NCBI GenBank assembly: GCA_964348065.1
Contig: CAYGBE010000092.1
Coordinates: 1-54,195 of the forward strand
Direction of reading: 5' to 3'
Source of the DNA: an uncultured archaeon
GTDB lineage: Archaea > Aenigmatarchaeota > Aenigmatarchaeia > Aenigmatarchaeales > Aenigmatarchaeaceae
Length of the DNA: 54,195 nucleotides
Shown piece by piece: positions 35,660 through 45,008 of the stretch (positions are counted from its first letter, which is position 1; each line of letters starts with the position of its first letter). The position numbers and the translations under genes were made by a program. The notes below the pieces were generated by a model. It saw only the letters and a list, made by a program, of their open reading frames with translations, was not told the DNA's origin and did not search any database.

Positions 35660-37888
35660 TTAACCTTTTTCTATTTCAGAAACCCATCCTCTAACCTTGT
35701 CTATGGCATCAATATTAACAGACAGGGAATCAATTCCTGTTTTTACCAAGAATTCAACAGCATCTCTTCTATTACTTGGTAATTCACCACATATAGAGGA
35801 CTCAACATTGTATTTTTTACAAGTTTCAATAACATGTTTAAACAAGAATTGCATGGAAAGATGCATTTCATTAAAAATCTTTATCAAGTTTTCATTGTTC
35901 CTGTCAATTCCTAATGTAGTTTGTGTTAAGTCATTGCTTCCAAAAGAAGCAAATGCAATTCCTTCTTTACAAAATTCTTCTATTGTCAAAGCACATGCTG
36001 GTGTTTCAACCATTATACCAAAATTAGTAGGAGCATTAACACTTTGGGCAATTTCTTTTGCTTTTCTTAGTTCAGAAACGTCTATAATAAATGGCAATTC
36101 CCAAACAACATTATTCAAGCCCTTTTCATGCAATTGTTTTAGTGCTTCTAATTCACATTTCAAAATTTCAGGTTCATCAACACTTCTTCTTATTCCATGC
36201 CACCCAAGCATTGGATTGTCTTCTTCAGGTTCCTTTTCTCCACCTTGCATGTTTCTAAATTCATCTGTTCTTGCATCCAAGGATCTTACCCAAACCTCTT
36301 TTGGATAAAATGCTTGAGCAACCTTTCCAACACCATCAACAATTATTTCTATTAGCTCTACATGTTTCCCACTTCTTATATATTCTATAGGATGCATTCC
36401 AGCTTTTGTTAACATGTGCTCTAATCTTAGTAAACCAACACCGTCTGCATGTTTTGCCCTTTCAGCAGTTCCTGGAAAAGCTAAGTTAACTTTAACCTGA
36501 GTTCTTGTTTTTATCTTAAGTGCCTCTGCTTTTTTTTCTTTTATTTCAATTTCTCCAGAATAGATTTTACCATGAGTTGCGTCAATTGTTATTTTCATCC
36601 CATCTTTTAAAGTTTGGGTAGCTGTTTTTGTTGCAATTATGCATGGAACCCCTAATTCTCTAGAAACAATTGCAGCATGTGAAGTAATTCCTCCTTCGTC
36701 TGTAATAATTGCAACAGATTTTTCCATTGCAACAACAAAATCAGGGTTAGTCATCTTTGTTACAAGAACATCTCCTTTTTCAATTTTGTTTATTTCTTTT
36801 GGATCAAGAATAACTTTTACAATTCCAGTAGCAACTCCTGGTGAAGCCCCATAACCCTCTAGAATAGGAGTGCCTTTTACTTCTTCTGTTTCTTTTTCTT
36901 CTAAAATTGTTACAGCTCTTGTTTGAACAATATAAATTTTCCCTCTTTCCATTGCCCACTCAATATCTTCGGGAAAATTGTAATGCTGCTCTATTTTCTT
37001 GCAATAAGCAGCTAAAGCAACGACCTCATAATCAGACAAAACTTGTGCATCTACTCTATCTCTTTTTACTACCCGCTCAACATTCACTCCATATATGTCT
37101 CTTACAATTTCAGTTGCTTTTTTACCAATGTGTTTTTCTATAATTTCTCCTGTATCTTTATCAACTATGTATCTATCAGGTTCAACCTTTCCCTGAACAA
37201 GCGATTCTCCTAAACCCCAACAAGCTTCAATAACTATTTTTTTAGAACCTTTAACAGGATTAGTAGGATCAATTGTAAAAGCAACTCCTGCTTTTTCAGA
37301 GTTTATCATCCTTTGAACAATAACACCAATAGAAGTGTCTTGGGGTTGTTTATGTTTATGTCTATAGTAAATAACACGAGAAGTATAAAGAGAAGCCCAG
37401 CATTTTTTAATAGCTTCAATCAGTTTTTTCTCGCCTTTAACATTTAGAAAAGTTTCATATTGACCTGCAGAAGATGCTCCCTCTACATCTTCCATTGCTC
37501 CAGAGCTTCTAACAGCAACAAATGGCGTATCCATGGGTTTTACAAAATCCAGATCTACAGGCGGTCCACCATATAGTTTCTTGTAAGCATCAATTATTTG
37601 GTATTTCATTTTTTCAGGGATTTCAGCCCCTATTATCAATTCTTTAATCTTGTCTGAAGCATTGTTTAAAGAATCTACATCATCATAATTAATCTCTTTG
37701 ATTAGATCAAGTATTTTTTCTCTTAAATCATTGGACTTCAAGAATTCTTCATAGGCTTCTGTTGTTATAAAAAATGCTTCTGGTACAGGAAATTCAGCAT
37801 TTATTAGTTCTGCCAAATTTGCTCCTTTTCCACCAATTGTTTTAACATCCTCTTTTCCTAGGTTTTTTGGATCTAGAATGAACGACAT
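35660..37888 (-). CDS. ppsA: Phosphoenolpyruvate synthase (pyruvate, water dikinase)
   Basis: IGGKGANLAEL in the ATP-grasp N-terminus, the phosphohistidine motif GGITSHAAIVSRELGVPCI and the C-terminal PEP-utilising domain with GSNDLTQ. Confidence 0.95.
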   Translation of the reverse strand: MSFILDPKNLGKEDVKTIGGKGANLAELINAEFPVPEAFFITTEAYEEFLKSNDLREKILDLIKEINYDDVDSLNNASDKIKELIIGAEIPEKMKYQIIDAYKKLYGGPPVDLDFVKPMDTPFVAVRSSGAMEDVEGASSAGQYETFLNVKGEKKLIEAIKKCWASLYTSRVIYYRHKHKQPQDTSIGVIVQRMINSEKAGVAFTIDPTNPVKGSKKIVIEACWGLGESLVQGKVEPDRYIVDKDTGEIIEKHIGKKATEIVRDIYGVNVERVVKRDRVDAQVLSDYEVVALAAYCKKIEQHYNFPEDIEWAMERGKIYIVQTRAVTILEEKETEEVKGTPILEGYGASPGVATGIVKVILDPKEINKIEKGDVLVTKMTNPDFVVAMEKSVAIITDEGGITSHAAIVSRELGVPCIIATKTATQTLKDGMKITIDATHGKIYSGEIEIKEKKAEALKIKTRTQVKVNLAFPGTAERAKHADGVGLLRLEHMLTKAGMHPIEYIRSGKHVELIEIIVDGVGKVAQAFYPKEVWVRSLDARTDEFRNMQGGEKEPEEDNPMLGWHGIRRSVDEPEILKCELEALKQLHEKGLNNVVWELPFIIDVSELRKAKEIAQSVNAPTNFGIMVETPACALTIEEFCKEGIAFASFGSNDLTQTTLGIDRNNENLIKIFNEMHLSMQFLFKHVIETCKKYNVESSICGELPSNRRDAVEFLVKTGIDSLSVNIDAIDKVRGWVSEIEKG

Positions 37889-37949
37889 AGAATATATATG
37901 TTATAAAGTTCCTTAAATGTTTTTATTTTTAACTAAACATATATAGGGA

Positions 37950-38972
37950 ATGGAACTACTGGAAGTTGGTCTGCCTCAAAGGGTTATAATTGGATCTAAA
38001 GCCTTAGAAAAAGTTGGAAAACTTTGCAAAACATTGGGCTTAAAAAGTTCTGTTACTCTTTTTTCTGAGCCAAGTCTCATGAAAATTGCTGGTAGAAAGG
38101 TTTTTAAAATTTTAGAAGAATATGATTACAAAATTAAGATTAAAGATGTGCCTAAAAAAATCAATATGAACCAAATTGAAAAAATAGATTCTGATTTTAT
38201 TATTGGTGTAGGAGGGGGCAGAATAATCGACACTGCTAAAATGACTGCAAAAGTAAATGAAATACCATTTATTTCTATTCCAACAGCAATATCCCATGAT
38301 GGGATAGCAAGTAATCGTGCAGTCATAGATGTTTATAGTGCTCCGGCTGTAACACCTACTGCAATAGTCATTGATACAGACATTGTAATTAAATCCCCCT
38401 ATCGTCTAATAGCATCAGGAGCTGGAGATGTAATTGCAAAACTAACAGCAGTAGCAGACTGGGAACTTTCACATGAAATACATGGTGAATTTATTTCAGA
38501 ATATACAGCTACTATGAACAAAACTTCAGCAAATTTAATAATGGATTCTGCACAAGGCATAAAAAATCTTGAGAAAAAAAGTATAAGAAACCTTATAGAA
38601 GCTCTTGTATTTTCTGGTGTTTCTATGGCTATAGCAGGTTCAAGCAGACCTGCATCAGGTTCTGAGCACATGTTTTCCCATGCCTTAAAAATTTTATATC
38701 CTGAAAGAACAAGCCTTCATGGAGAGGAATGCGCTATTGGGACTGTTTTATGCTCTTATTTTCATGATATGGATTGGAAAAGGATTGTTAAAGCACTAAA
38801 GACTATTGGGGCACCGACAAATAACGAAGAAATGGGAGTGCCTAAAAATATAATAATAAAAGCTCTTTCTGAAGCAAAAAATATAAGAAGTGATAGATAT
38901 ACAATTTTACATTATAAAGATATAGACAACAAAATGGCTGAAAAGGCAGCAAAAGAGACTGGTGTGATATAA
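37950..38972 (+). CDS. egsA: sn-Glycerol-1-phosphate dehydrogenase
   Basis: The iron-ADH-like fold shows GVGGGRIIDTAK, SHDGIAS and SGSEHMFSHAL. The 340-aa length is typical of archaeal EgsA. Confidence 0.9.
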   Translation: MELLEVGLPQRVIIGSKALEKVGKLCKTLGLKSSVTLFSEPSLMKIAGRKVFKILEEYDYKIKIKDVPKKINMNQIEKIDSDFIIGVGGGRIIDTAKMTAKVNEIPFISIPTAISHDGIASNRAVIDVYSAPAVTPTAIVIDTDIVIKSPYRLIASGAGDVIAKLTAVADWELSHEIHGEFISEYTATMNKTSANLIMDSAQGIKNLEKKSIRNLIEALVFSGVSMAIAGSSRPASGSEHMFSHALKILYPERTSLHGEECAIGTVLCSYFHDMDWKRIVKALKTIGAPTNNEEMGVPKNIIIKALSEAKNIRSDRYTILHYKDIDNKMAEKAAKETGVI

Positions 38973-39009
38973 ATTTAAGTATATCTGTTATAATAAGGTT
39001 TGTATATTT

Positions 39010-39879
39010 ATGGAACAATGGAGAAAGTGGAAGCATATTACAAAGCTTGATCCTGATAAAATAATAACTCATGAGATTATAGAAGATATAATAGAAACTG
39101 GAACTGATGCAATAATGATATCAGGAACACAGAATATTACTAAAGGTAATGTTACTAATCTTCTTGAGATGCTAAAAGAGTATGATATACCAAAAGTTCT
39201 TGAACCTTCCACACCATATGGTCTGGTTTATAAAAATATTGATTGGTTGTTTGTGCCTTCTGTTTTTAACACATTTAATCCTCATTATATAAATGGTTTG
39301 CACAGAATATGGGTAAAATTACACAAAGATAAAATAGATTGGGACAAAGTTGTTCCTGAAGCATATATAATTCTAAATCCAAAATGTGCTGCAGCCAAAG
39401 TTTCTAAAGCTTTTGAAATGACTCTTGAAGGGTCTGTTGCAACAGCCATTTGTGCTGAGAGGTATTTTAACTTTCCAATAATCTACATTGAGTATTCTGG
39501 AATGTATGGCGACCCTAATCTTGTTGAAGCTGTAAAAGATTCCTTAACAAAAGCACATCTTTTATATGGCGGTGGAATAAACACCAAAGAAAAAGCAGAA
39601 GAAATGTCTAAATGGGCAACCATTGTTGTTGGAAATACAATATATGAAAATGGTACTCATTCTTTTATTGACACTGTACGTGGTCGTTTGTTAAGAGAAA
39701 TGTCTGACATACAAAGCAGGCTTGGAAAACTTAAAAGATTAAGAAGAAAATCAAAAAATGAAAAACCTGTAGAAAAGGCTGATGTAAAAAAATTTAGACC
39801 AAAACTTAGAGTTCCTTATTTTAGACGAAAAGAATCACCAGTAGAGGACAGAAAAAAAGCTAAGGAGAAAAGCTCCTAA
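39010..39879 (+). CDS. Geranylgeranylglyceryl phosphate synthase (PcrB/GGGPS family) with a basic C-terminal tail
   Basis: WKHITKLDPDK, TDAIMISGT, IYIEYSG, LLYGGGI and IVVGNTIYE match GGGPS. About 45 extra K/R-rich residues overlap the convergent transporter gene by 45 nt. Confidence 0.85.
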   Translation: MEQWRKWKHITKLDPDKIITHEIIEDIIETGTDAIMISGTQNITKGNVTNLLEMLKEYDIPKVLEPSTPYGLVYKNIDWLFVPSVFNTFNPHYINGLHRIWVKLHKDKIDWDKVVPEAYIILNPKCAAAKVSKAFEMTLEGSVATAICAERYFNFPIIYIEYSGMYGDPNLVEAVKDSLTKAHLLYGGGINTKEKAEEMSKWATIVVGNTIYENGTHSFIDTVRGRLLREMSDIQSRLGKLKRLRRKSKNEKPVEKADVKKFRPKLRVPYFRRKESPVEDRKKAKEKSS

Positions 39880-41163
39880 TAGAGCAAGTATTATTCCTAC
39901 TTTTATCATATCCTTAATATGAATATAACCTGTAGAATATGCCACTGCATTTGGAGGAGTTCCAATAGGAACTAGGAAATCTAAAGACACACTCATGCCT
40001 GCTAGTATTACTAAAATTCTTGTATCAACTCCAAGAGCTGTTGATAATGGTATTATTGCTGGTATAATAAAAGCTGCTGTTCCTGTATTGCTACTGAATA
40101 AAGTCATAAAAATACAAAACAATGATGTTAAAAACAAGATAATAAACAAGGGGTTTCCCATAATTATGTTTTTCATGAACTCTGCTATAATAACATTTAA
40201 GCCACTTGCTTCTATGGCTGAGCCTAGAGACAGACCACCACCTACTAGAATTAGTATGTCCCAATCAAATTTGCCAAAATCTTCTCTATTAAACATTTTT
40301 AAAGCATAGAACAAGACTATTGGAATCACAGCTACTAAAGCTATAGATATTCCATGCAATTCTGAACTTAACCAAAGAATGACTGTTGTTGCAAAAATTG
40401 CTAAAGTTTTTAGCTGATTTTTATTTAAAGAAATTTTCTTCTCTTTAACATGCAATTCTTTTATTTCTGGTCTATACACTAAAAGCAAAACAAACCAAGC
40501 AACAAACAAGAAAAGAATTGTGAAAGGTAGAGCATGATACATCCAATCAAGAAAAGATAGGGTTATATTTTCGTCAGTAAGAAATTTTACAGCCATTGCA
40601 TTTGGTGTTGTTCCAACAATTGTTCCCAAACCTCCAATGGTTGCTGCAAAGGCGATTCCTAAAACAGCAGCTTTTGCATAAGATGATTTAAAGGGTTTTA
40701 GTCCAGTATCTTTTAAAACAACTAATAATATAGGTATCATAACAGCTGAAGTTGCACTGTTGCTCATCCACATTGAAAGAAAAGCTGTTGCAATCATCAT
40801 TCCTAAAAGAAATCTTTTGGGACTAGTTCCGATTTTCATTACAAAAAAATTGGCTATTATTTCATCTAAACCATATTTTTGCAAAGAGTATGCCAAAGCA
40901 AATCCTCCCATTAGTAAAACCACAACTGGATCAAAAAATGGAAAGAAAACATCTCTAACACCAAAGTCAGCAAAAATAGCTAATGCTAATGGTATTAACA
41001 AAGATGTTACATATATGGGTATAACCTCTGTTAACCAAAGCATTCCTATTGTCACTGATATTGCAAGAACTATATTAGCTTGCTGAGGAATGTTTAAAGG
41101 CATTAGATAAAAGCATATTCCAAAAATAACAGAAAGTAAAAAGTAAACCACTGTTTTTTTCAT
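39835..41163 (-). CDS. DASS/SLC13-family anion (sulfate/di-tricarboxylate):Na+ symporter
   Basis: Two SNT-type hairpin motifs (MSNSATSAVMIPI and SSNTGTAAFIIPA) in a 442-aa polytopic protein. Confidence 0.8.
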   Translation of the reverse strand: MKKTVVYFLLSVIFGICFYLMPLNIPQQANIVLAISVTIGMLWLTEVIPIYVTSLLIPLALAIFADFGVRDVFFPFFDPVVVLLMGGFALAYSLQKYGLDEIIANFFVMKIGTSPKRFLLGMMIATAFLSMWMSNSATSAVMIPILLVVLKDTGLKPFKSSYAKAAVLGIAFAATIGGLGTIVGTTPNAMAVKFLTDENITLSFLDWMYHALPFTILFLFVAWFVLLLVYRPEIKELHVKEKKISLNKNQLKTLAIFATTVILWLSSELHGISIALVAVIPIVLFYALKMFNREDFGKFDWDILILVGGGLSLGSAIEASGLNVIIAEFMKNIIMGNPLFIILFLTSLFCIFMTLFSSNTGTAAFIIPAIIPLSTALGVDTRILVILAGMSVSLDFLVPIGTPPNAVAYSTGYIHIKDMIKVGIILALLGAFLLSFFSVLYW

Positions 41164-41171
41164 AATATTTA

Positions 41172-42194
41172 TTACTTTATCTTTAAAATAACTGTTTCAT
41201 CAGGAGTTAAGGCCTCATTATAAATTCTTACTGAGTCAATTGTAGCGTTCATGTGATAAGCATTTGGTAGTTCTTTTCCAATTATAACTTTTTCAGTGTT
41301 TGTGTCTATGTTTCCAGAAATACTCAGTGTTCCATCAGGAGTTCCATCGATGTATATCATAGTTCTTGATCCATCGAAGGTTAAAGCAACATGATGCCAG
41401 TTATTGTCGTTCAGAAGGTTCACAGTATCGCTGTTTTTTTGGTAATTTGTACTACTGATGTAAATATCTGTTCTGACTCTGTTGCCATTACCGCTATCCA
41501 TCTTTATCATCCTCCAAGCAAATTTTTTGTTTGCAATCATACCAAAGTCCCCTAATTTTGCAAACCTAACCCAAGCACTGACTGTAATTCTGTTAAAGTC
41601 GAGACTTGGTGAATCAGGTATTTCAACATAATCACTAGAAATACCGTCAAGATCTAAAGCTCTTCCAAATTTTCCATCAATCCATGTAGCTCCATATATC
41701 GTTCCATCATTTCCATATTTTGAACTATCGTAAGCAATTGTTCCAGAGCCTTCTTCAAAATCTAGAGCTAAAACAGCAGAATCTGGCAATTCTGCTTCAA
41801 ATCTCGCTGTTGTTTCTGTTTTAGGATTAACTATTTTTAGTGTATGATCTCCTATTGTTATTCCCCACAGAGGTATTGCTATTGTTGCTATTTCTTCCTT
41901 GTCTATTGATTCTGGGGTCATTGAAAAGTTGAATTTTTGGTTATCTATAAAGAGGTTTAAGGTATCATTGGTTAATACTCCTAATCCACAGTTTCTTATG
42001 TTTATTTCTCTAGAAGACATTGAAACTACTCTTATACAAGAAGTAAAAAGTCCGGTAACATGAGTAGTGGAAGCTGTTGCTGCTTGTGTTGTGGTTGAAA
42101 ATAAGCCTGAAAAGAAGGTAAAAAGAAGAGAAACTATTGCTACAACAATAACTACAAGAAGTATTATAGCTAGTAAGGTTGAGATGCCTCGCAT
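41172..42194 (-). CDS. Archaeal type IV pilin-like protein carrying a LamG/concanavalin-like domain
   Basis: A class III signal peptide MRGISTLLAIILLVVIVVAIV is followed by LamG-like LDFEEGSGTIAYDSSKYGNDGTIYGATWIDGKFGRALDLDG...TVSAWV...WHHVALTFDG...IDSVRIYNEAL. Confidence 0.65.
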   Translation of the reverse strand: MRGISTLLAIILLVVIVVAIVSLLFTFFSGLFSTTTQAATASTTHVTGLFTSCIRVVSMSSREINIRNCGLGVLTNDTLNLFIDNQKFNFSMTPESIDKEEIATIAIPLWGITIGDHTLKIVNPKTETTARFEAELPDSAVLALDFEEGSGTIAYDSSKYGNDGTIYGATWIDGKFGRALDLDGISSDYVEIPDSPSLDFNRITVSAWVRFAKLGDFGMIANKKFAWRMIKMDSGNGNRVRTDIYISSTNYQKNSDTVNLLNDNNWHHVALTFDGSRTMIYIDGTPDGTLSISGNIDTNTEKVIIGKELPNAYHMNATIDSVRIYNEALTPDETVILKIK

Positions 42195-42219
42195 AATAGA
42201 ATATTATTAAAGATATATA

Positions 42220-43398
42220 TTATCTTCTTCTATAATCATCCAACCATTTCAAGAAAGTCCTTTTTTCTATTTTTCTCATTTCCTTTTCTAGTTCTTTGGG
42301 AGAAACAGCAGCATAAAAATCCCTAATTTCTGGTTCTATTGTATCTACCACGATTATTCTAGCTTTTCTTAGGACCTCTTTTATCTCTTTATCAGTTTCT
42401 CCTATAACTACTTTTGGTTTTATAGAAGCTAAAACTTTTGCAGCTATTTTTGAAGGTCTAAAATTCTGTATCCAAACAACTTTGTTGTTTATATCAAAAT
42501 CCCTGTTAGCATTAACCATTTCTTCTTTAGTAAATTCGGGAATCATTATTACTGGCAATAAATTCTCATTTTTTATATCTCTTAATTCTTGTTCTCTTTC
42601 CAATTTTTCCTCGTAGGCTTTTTTAATGCTTTTTCCTTTGGCCAATTCAAATTTCAATTGTTTTATAAGAATGTCTCTTGATTTTATTTCTTTTTCCCTT
42701 AAAACCTTTTTTCTAGCGTCTTCATTTTTTTTCATTTGTTCTTCAAGATATTCCTGTTTTTGAACTTCCAAGTTTCTGATTCTTGTTTCAAGTTTTTCTG
42801 TATAAGCTTTTAGAATGTCGTATCTGCTTCTCTCTTCTTTTAATTTTTTCTCTAATTCTTTTACTCTCTCTTCCCAATCAATTTTAACTCTTTTAAAAAC
42901 AGGTTTTTTTTCTTCAATTTTTTTTGGTCTTACCTTGTCAATTGCCTCAGCAATGTTTTTTGCTTGTTTTCTAACTATCATTTCTTTTACTTTATCACTA
43001 TGCCTTGCTAGACCTAAAACATCTAAACTTCTATCTATTGTATTAAATTGAGAAGCATATAATTTGAAAGCAAATAATGATGCTGCTAAAGCATCTCTTT
43101 CATGAGTATCTTTCATGGAAATGTTAACAACCCTTTCTTTTTCCTCAATTGTTAAATCATGATCTGGACTAAATATTTTGGCATTAAAGGAGGAGGCTAT
43201 TTTTTTTATTTTATGAGGAACTTTTTTCTTGTCTGTAGCAATTATTAAAGGTCTTCCAAAAACTGTTATTCTTTTAATTATATGAGAAGATGAGAAGTGT
43301 TTCTTACTTCTCAAATATAAAAGATTTTTCTTAAGATCATGAATTGACAAACCGGTGGTTGTCCCTATGTCCAAACCAACGATCAAAGGTTTTGGCAT
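42220..43398 (-). CDS. DUF460-type protein (RNase H-fold / RuvC-like N-domain plus coiled coil)
   Basis: The N-terminus PLIVGLDIGTTTGLSIHDL (RuvC/YqgF-like acidic motif) is followed by a long K/E coiled coil. Confidence 0.6.
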   Translation of the reverse strand: MPKPLIVGLDIGTTTGLSIHDLKKNLLYLRSKKHFSSSHIIKRITVFGRPLIIATDKKKVPHKIKKIASSFNAKIFSPDHDLTIEEKERVVNISMKDTHERDALAASLFAFKLYASQFNTIDRSLDVLGLARHSDKVKEMIVRKQAKNIAEAIDKVRPKKIEEKKPVFKRVKIDWEERVKELEKKLKEERSRYDILKAYTEKLETRIRNLEVQKQEYLEEQMKKNEDARKKVLREKEIKSRDILIKQLKFELAKGKSIKKAYEEKLEREQELRDIKNENLLPVIMIPEFTKEEMVNANRDFDINNKVVWIQNFRPSKIAAKVLASIKPKVVIGETDKEIKEVLRKARIIVVDTIEPEIRDFYAAVSPKELEKEMRKIEKRTFLKWLDDYRRR

Positions 43399-43435
43399 AA
43401 AAATAATTATAAGCTTAAAGTGAAATATTTATCTT

Positions 43436-43960
43436 ATGGGAGACTCTAAATGGTATGTGATAACTGGAGCTCCTAGCTCAGGAAAAACAACAATAATTTC
43501 TCGATTATCAAAAATAGGTTATCACACGCTTTTTGAAGCAGCAAGGTTTTTAATAGATAAGGAAATTTCAGAAGGTAAGAGCTTAGAAGAAATTAGAATA
43601 GACGAAATAGATTTTCAAAAAAGGGTATTAGAAATGAAAATAAACCTAGAAGGTAAACTACCTAAAGATCAAATAGTTTTTATTGATAGGGGAATTCCTG
43701 ATACTGTTGCTTATTACCAACTTTATGGGTTTAATCCAAAAGAAATTTTAAAAGTTTGCCAAGAAAAAAAATATAAAAAAATATTTTTCTTAGAATCCCT
43801 GCCTTTTGAAAAAGACTATGCTAGAATAGAAGATGGGAAAACATCAAAAAGATTAAGCGAATTACTTAAGAGGGCTTATCTAGACTTAGGACACGAGGTT
43901 GTAGTTGTTCCTAATATGCCAATAGAAAAAAGAGTAAAATTTATTTTATCAAATTTATGA
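43436..43960 (+). CDS. P-loop ATPase/kinase (AAA_28 / NadR-C-like)
   Basis: Walker A VITGAPSSGKTT and Walker B-like IVFIDRG in a 174-aa protein. Confidence 0.65.
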   Translation: MGDSKWYVITGAPSSGKTTIISRLSKIGYHTLFEAARFLIDKEISEGKSLEEIRIDEIDFQKRVLEMKINLEGKLPKDQIVFIDRGIPDTVAYYQLYGFNPKEILKVCQEKKYKKIFFLESLPFEKDYARIEDGKTSKRLSELLKRAYLDLGHEVVVVPNMPIEKRVKFILSNL

Positions 43961-44599
43961 TTTGTACTTCTTTTCTAAAACTTTCTTAATTTTTTCAGCA
44001 ATTCCTTTTCCTATACCTTTTACTTCTTTTAATTCTTTTTCTGAAGCATTAAAAACATTCATAGGAGATTTAAAATGCTTTAACAATGCTTTGGCTCTTA
44101 CAACAGAAACATCTGGCAAACTAGAAATCAAATATTCTTGTTTTTCCTCTATAGTTTTTGGGACTTTCTTGTTTCTTAAAACAACCTCTCTTTTTTCTAG
44201 AATCTGTTCTCTTCTAGCAATCCAGTAGATTATACCAGCTGTATCAGCTATGTCTCTTGTCCAGATTATTGGGATTGACATATCAACAGATATTGCTGCC
44301 AGAGCTCCTCTGATTATGTTAGGTTGTAAAACTCCGTATAATGACTCTTCACCCTCTATTATTAGAACAGGTCTTTCAAAATTGTCTTTCATTGCTTTTA
44401 GCTGTTTGAAAAGTCTTTTATCAGTTATACTCTGAACAAAATCATTTACTAGCTTTCTTTCTATGGAAACCCTATCAGAAACAACAAAATCTCCATAAAG
44501 CAGCATCTTCTTTTGAACATCACAATCATATTGTTTGAAATACTCTAATATGCCATTATTAGCTTCTCTTGTATCAACAAAAATCAGAACTTCTTTCAT
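43955..44599 (-). CDS. xpf: XPF/ERCC4-type structure-specific nuclease with (HhH)2 domain (nuclease half of Hef)
   Basis: VDTRE, the ERCC4 motif GDFVVSDRVSIERKLVNDF and the C-terminal HhH VKGIGKGIAEKI. Confidence 0.8.
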   Translation of the reverse strand: MKEVLIFVDTREANNGILEYFKQYDCDVQKKMLLYGDFVVSDRVSIERKLVNDFVQSITDKRLFKQLKAMKDNFERPVLIIEGEESLYGVLQPNIIRGALAAISVDMSIPIIWTRDIADTAGIIYWIARREQILEKREVVLRNKKVPKTIEEKQEYLISSLPDVSVVRAKALLKHFKSPMNVFNASEKELKEVKGIGKGIAEKIKKVLEKKYKS

Positions 44600-44637
44600 T
44601 AGTTATATTTAAATAATGTAAATTTTTAAAACTAATT

Positions 44638-44744
44638 ATTGCCTAGAAGGAAGTTCAGGTATTAGATTTCAAGTCTTCGGACTCTGATTTCGGTGCGCCG
44701 TCTTGTACGGTCCTCAAAGATATCTGAACCTTGTACTAGGCAAT
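44638..44744 (+). ncRNA. Structured small RNA of unknown class (about 107 nt)
   Basis: The closing helix is AUUGCCUAG/CUAGGCAAU (9 bp). A second helix is GUUCAGGUAU/AUAUCUGAAC (44653-62 / 44720-29). Apical hairpins are AGUC-UUCG-GACU (44672-83) and CCGU-CUUGU-ACGG (44698-710). A TTTAAATA box at 44608-15 is centred about 27 nt upstream, and T6CT4 follows directly at 44744-54. The stretch is GC-richer than its flanks. Confidence 0.55.
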
Positions 44745-45008
44745 TTTTTCTTTTAGAAGTTAAATTGTATTTTTAATAACTTAATTAACACTTAACATCA
44801 ACAATCATCTTAGTTTAACAAATGACGAAATCTCATTTTTAGTCTCATTATTAAAAAATAGAATCTTCTGAATAAAATTTTCTAGTATTTTGTTTTTTCC
44901 GAAAAATAAAAGGAAAAAAGGAGGTATTTAGAATCTTGAAGAAAATCGAAAAATTGAATTTTATGTTTAGTCTCATTTTTTCTTAAATTTTCTTAGTAAT
45001 ATCAAGAA

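Noticed and set aside
35697-36308. Longer antisense or alternative-frame ORFs inside well-supported genes: 35697-36308 in ppsA, 9719-10462 in the AAA+ gene, 23205-23609 in lig, 25305-25791 in the presenilin gene, 39995-41086 in the DASS gene, 1129-1389 in the antiporter gene.
   Set aside because: Each lies entirely within a gene that has strong family motifs on the other strand. Their compositions are typical of antisense frames in AT-rich DNA, and none shows a recognisable motif.
44638-44744. Considered calling the structured RNA a divergent 5S rRNA, since a 16S gene is present, the 5S gene could be unlinked, and the size class is similar.
   Set aside because: The strongest pairing gives a long rod with two apical hairpins, not the three-way junction of 5S. 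I could not find loop C/E-like consensus (CCGAAC..GGAAGUUAAGC) in the right position on either strand, and 101-107 nt is short for 5S. I left it as an RNA of unknown class.
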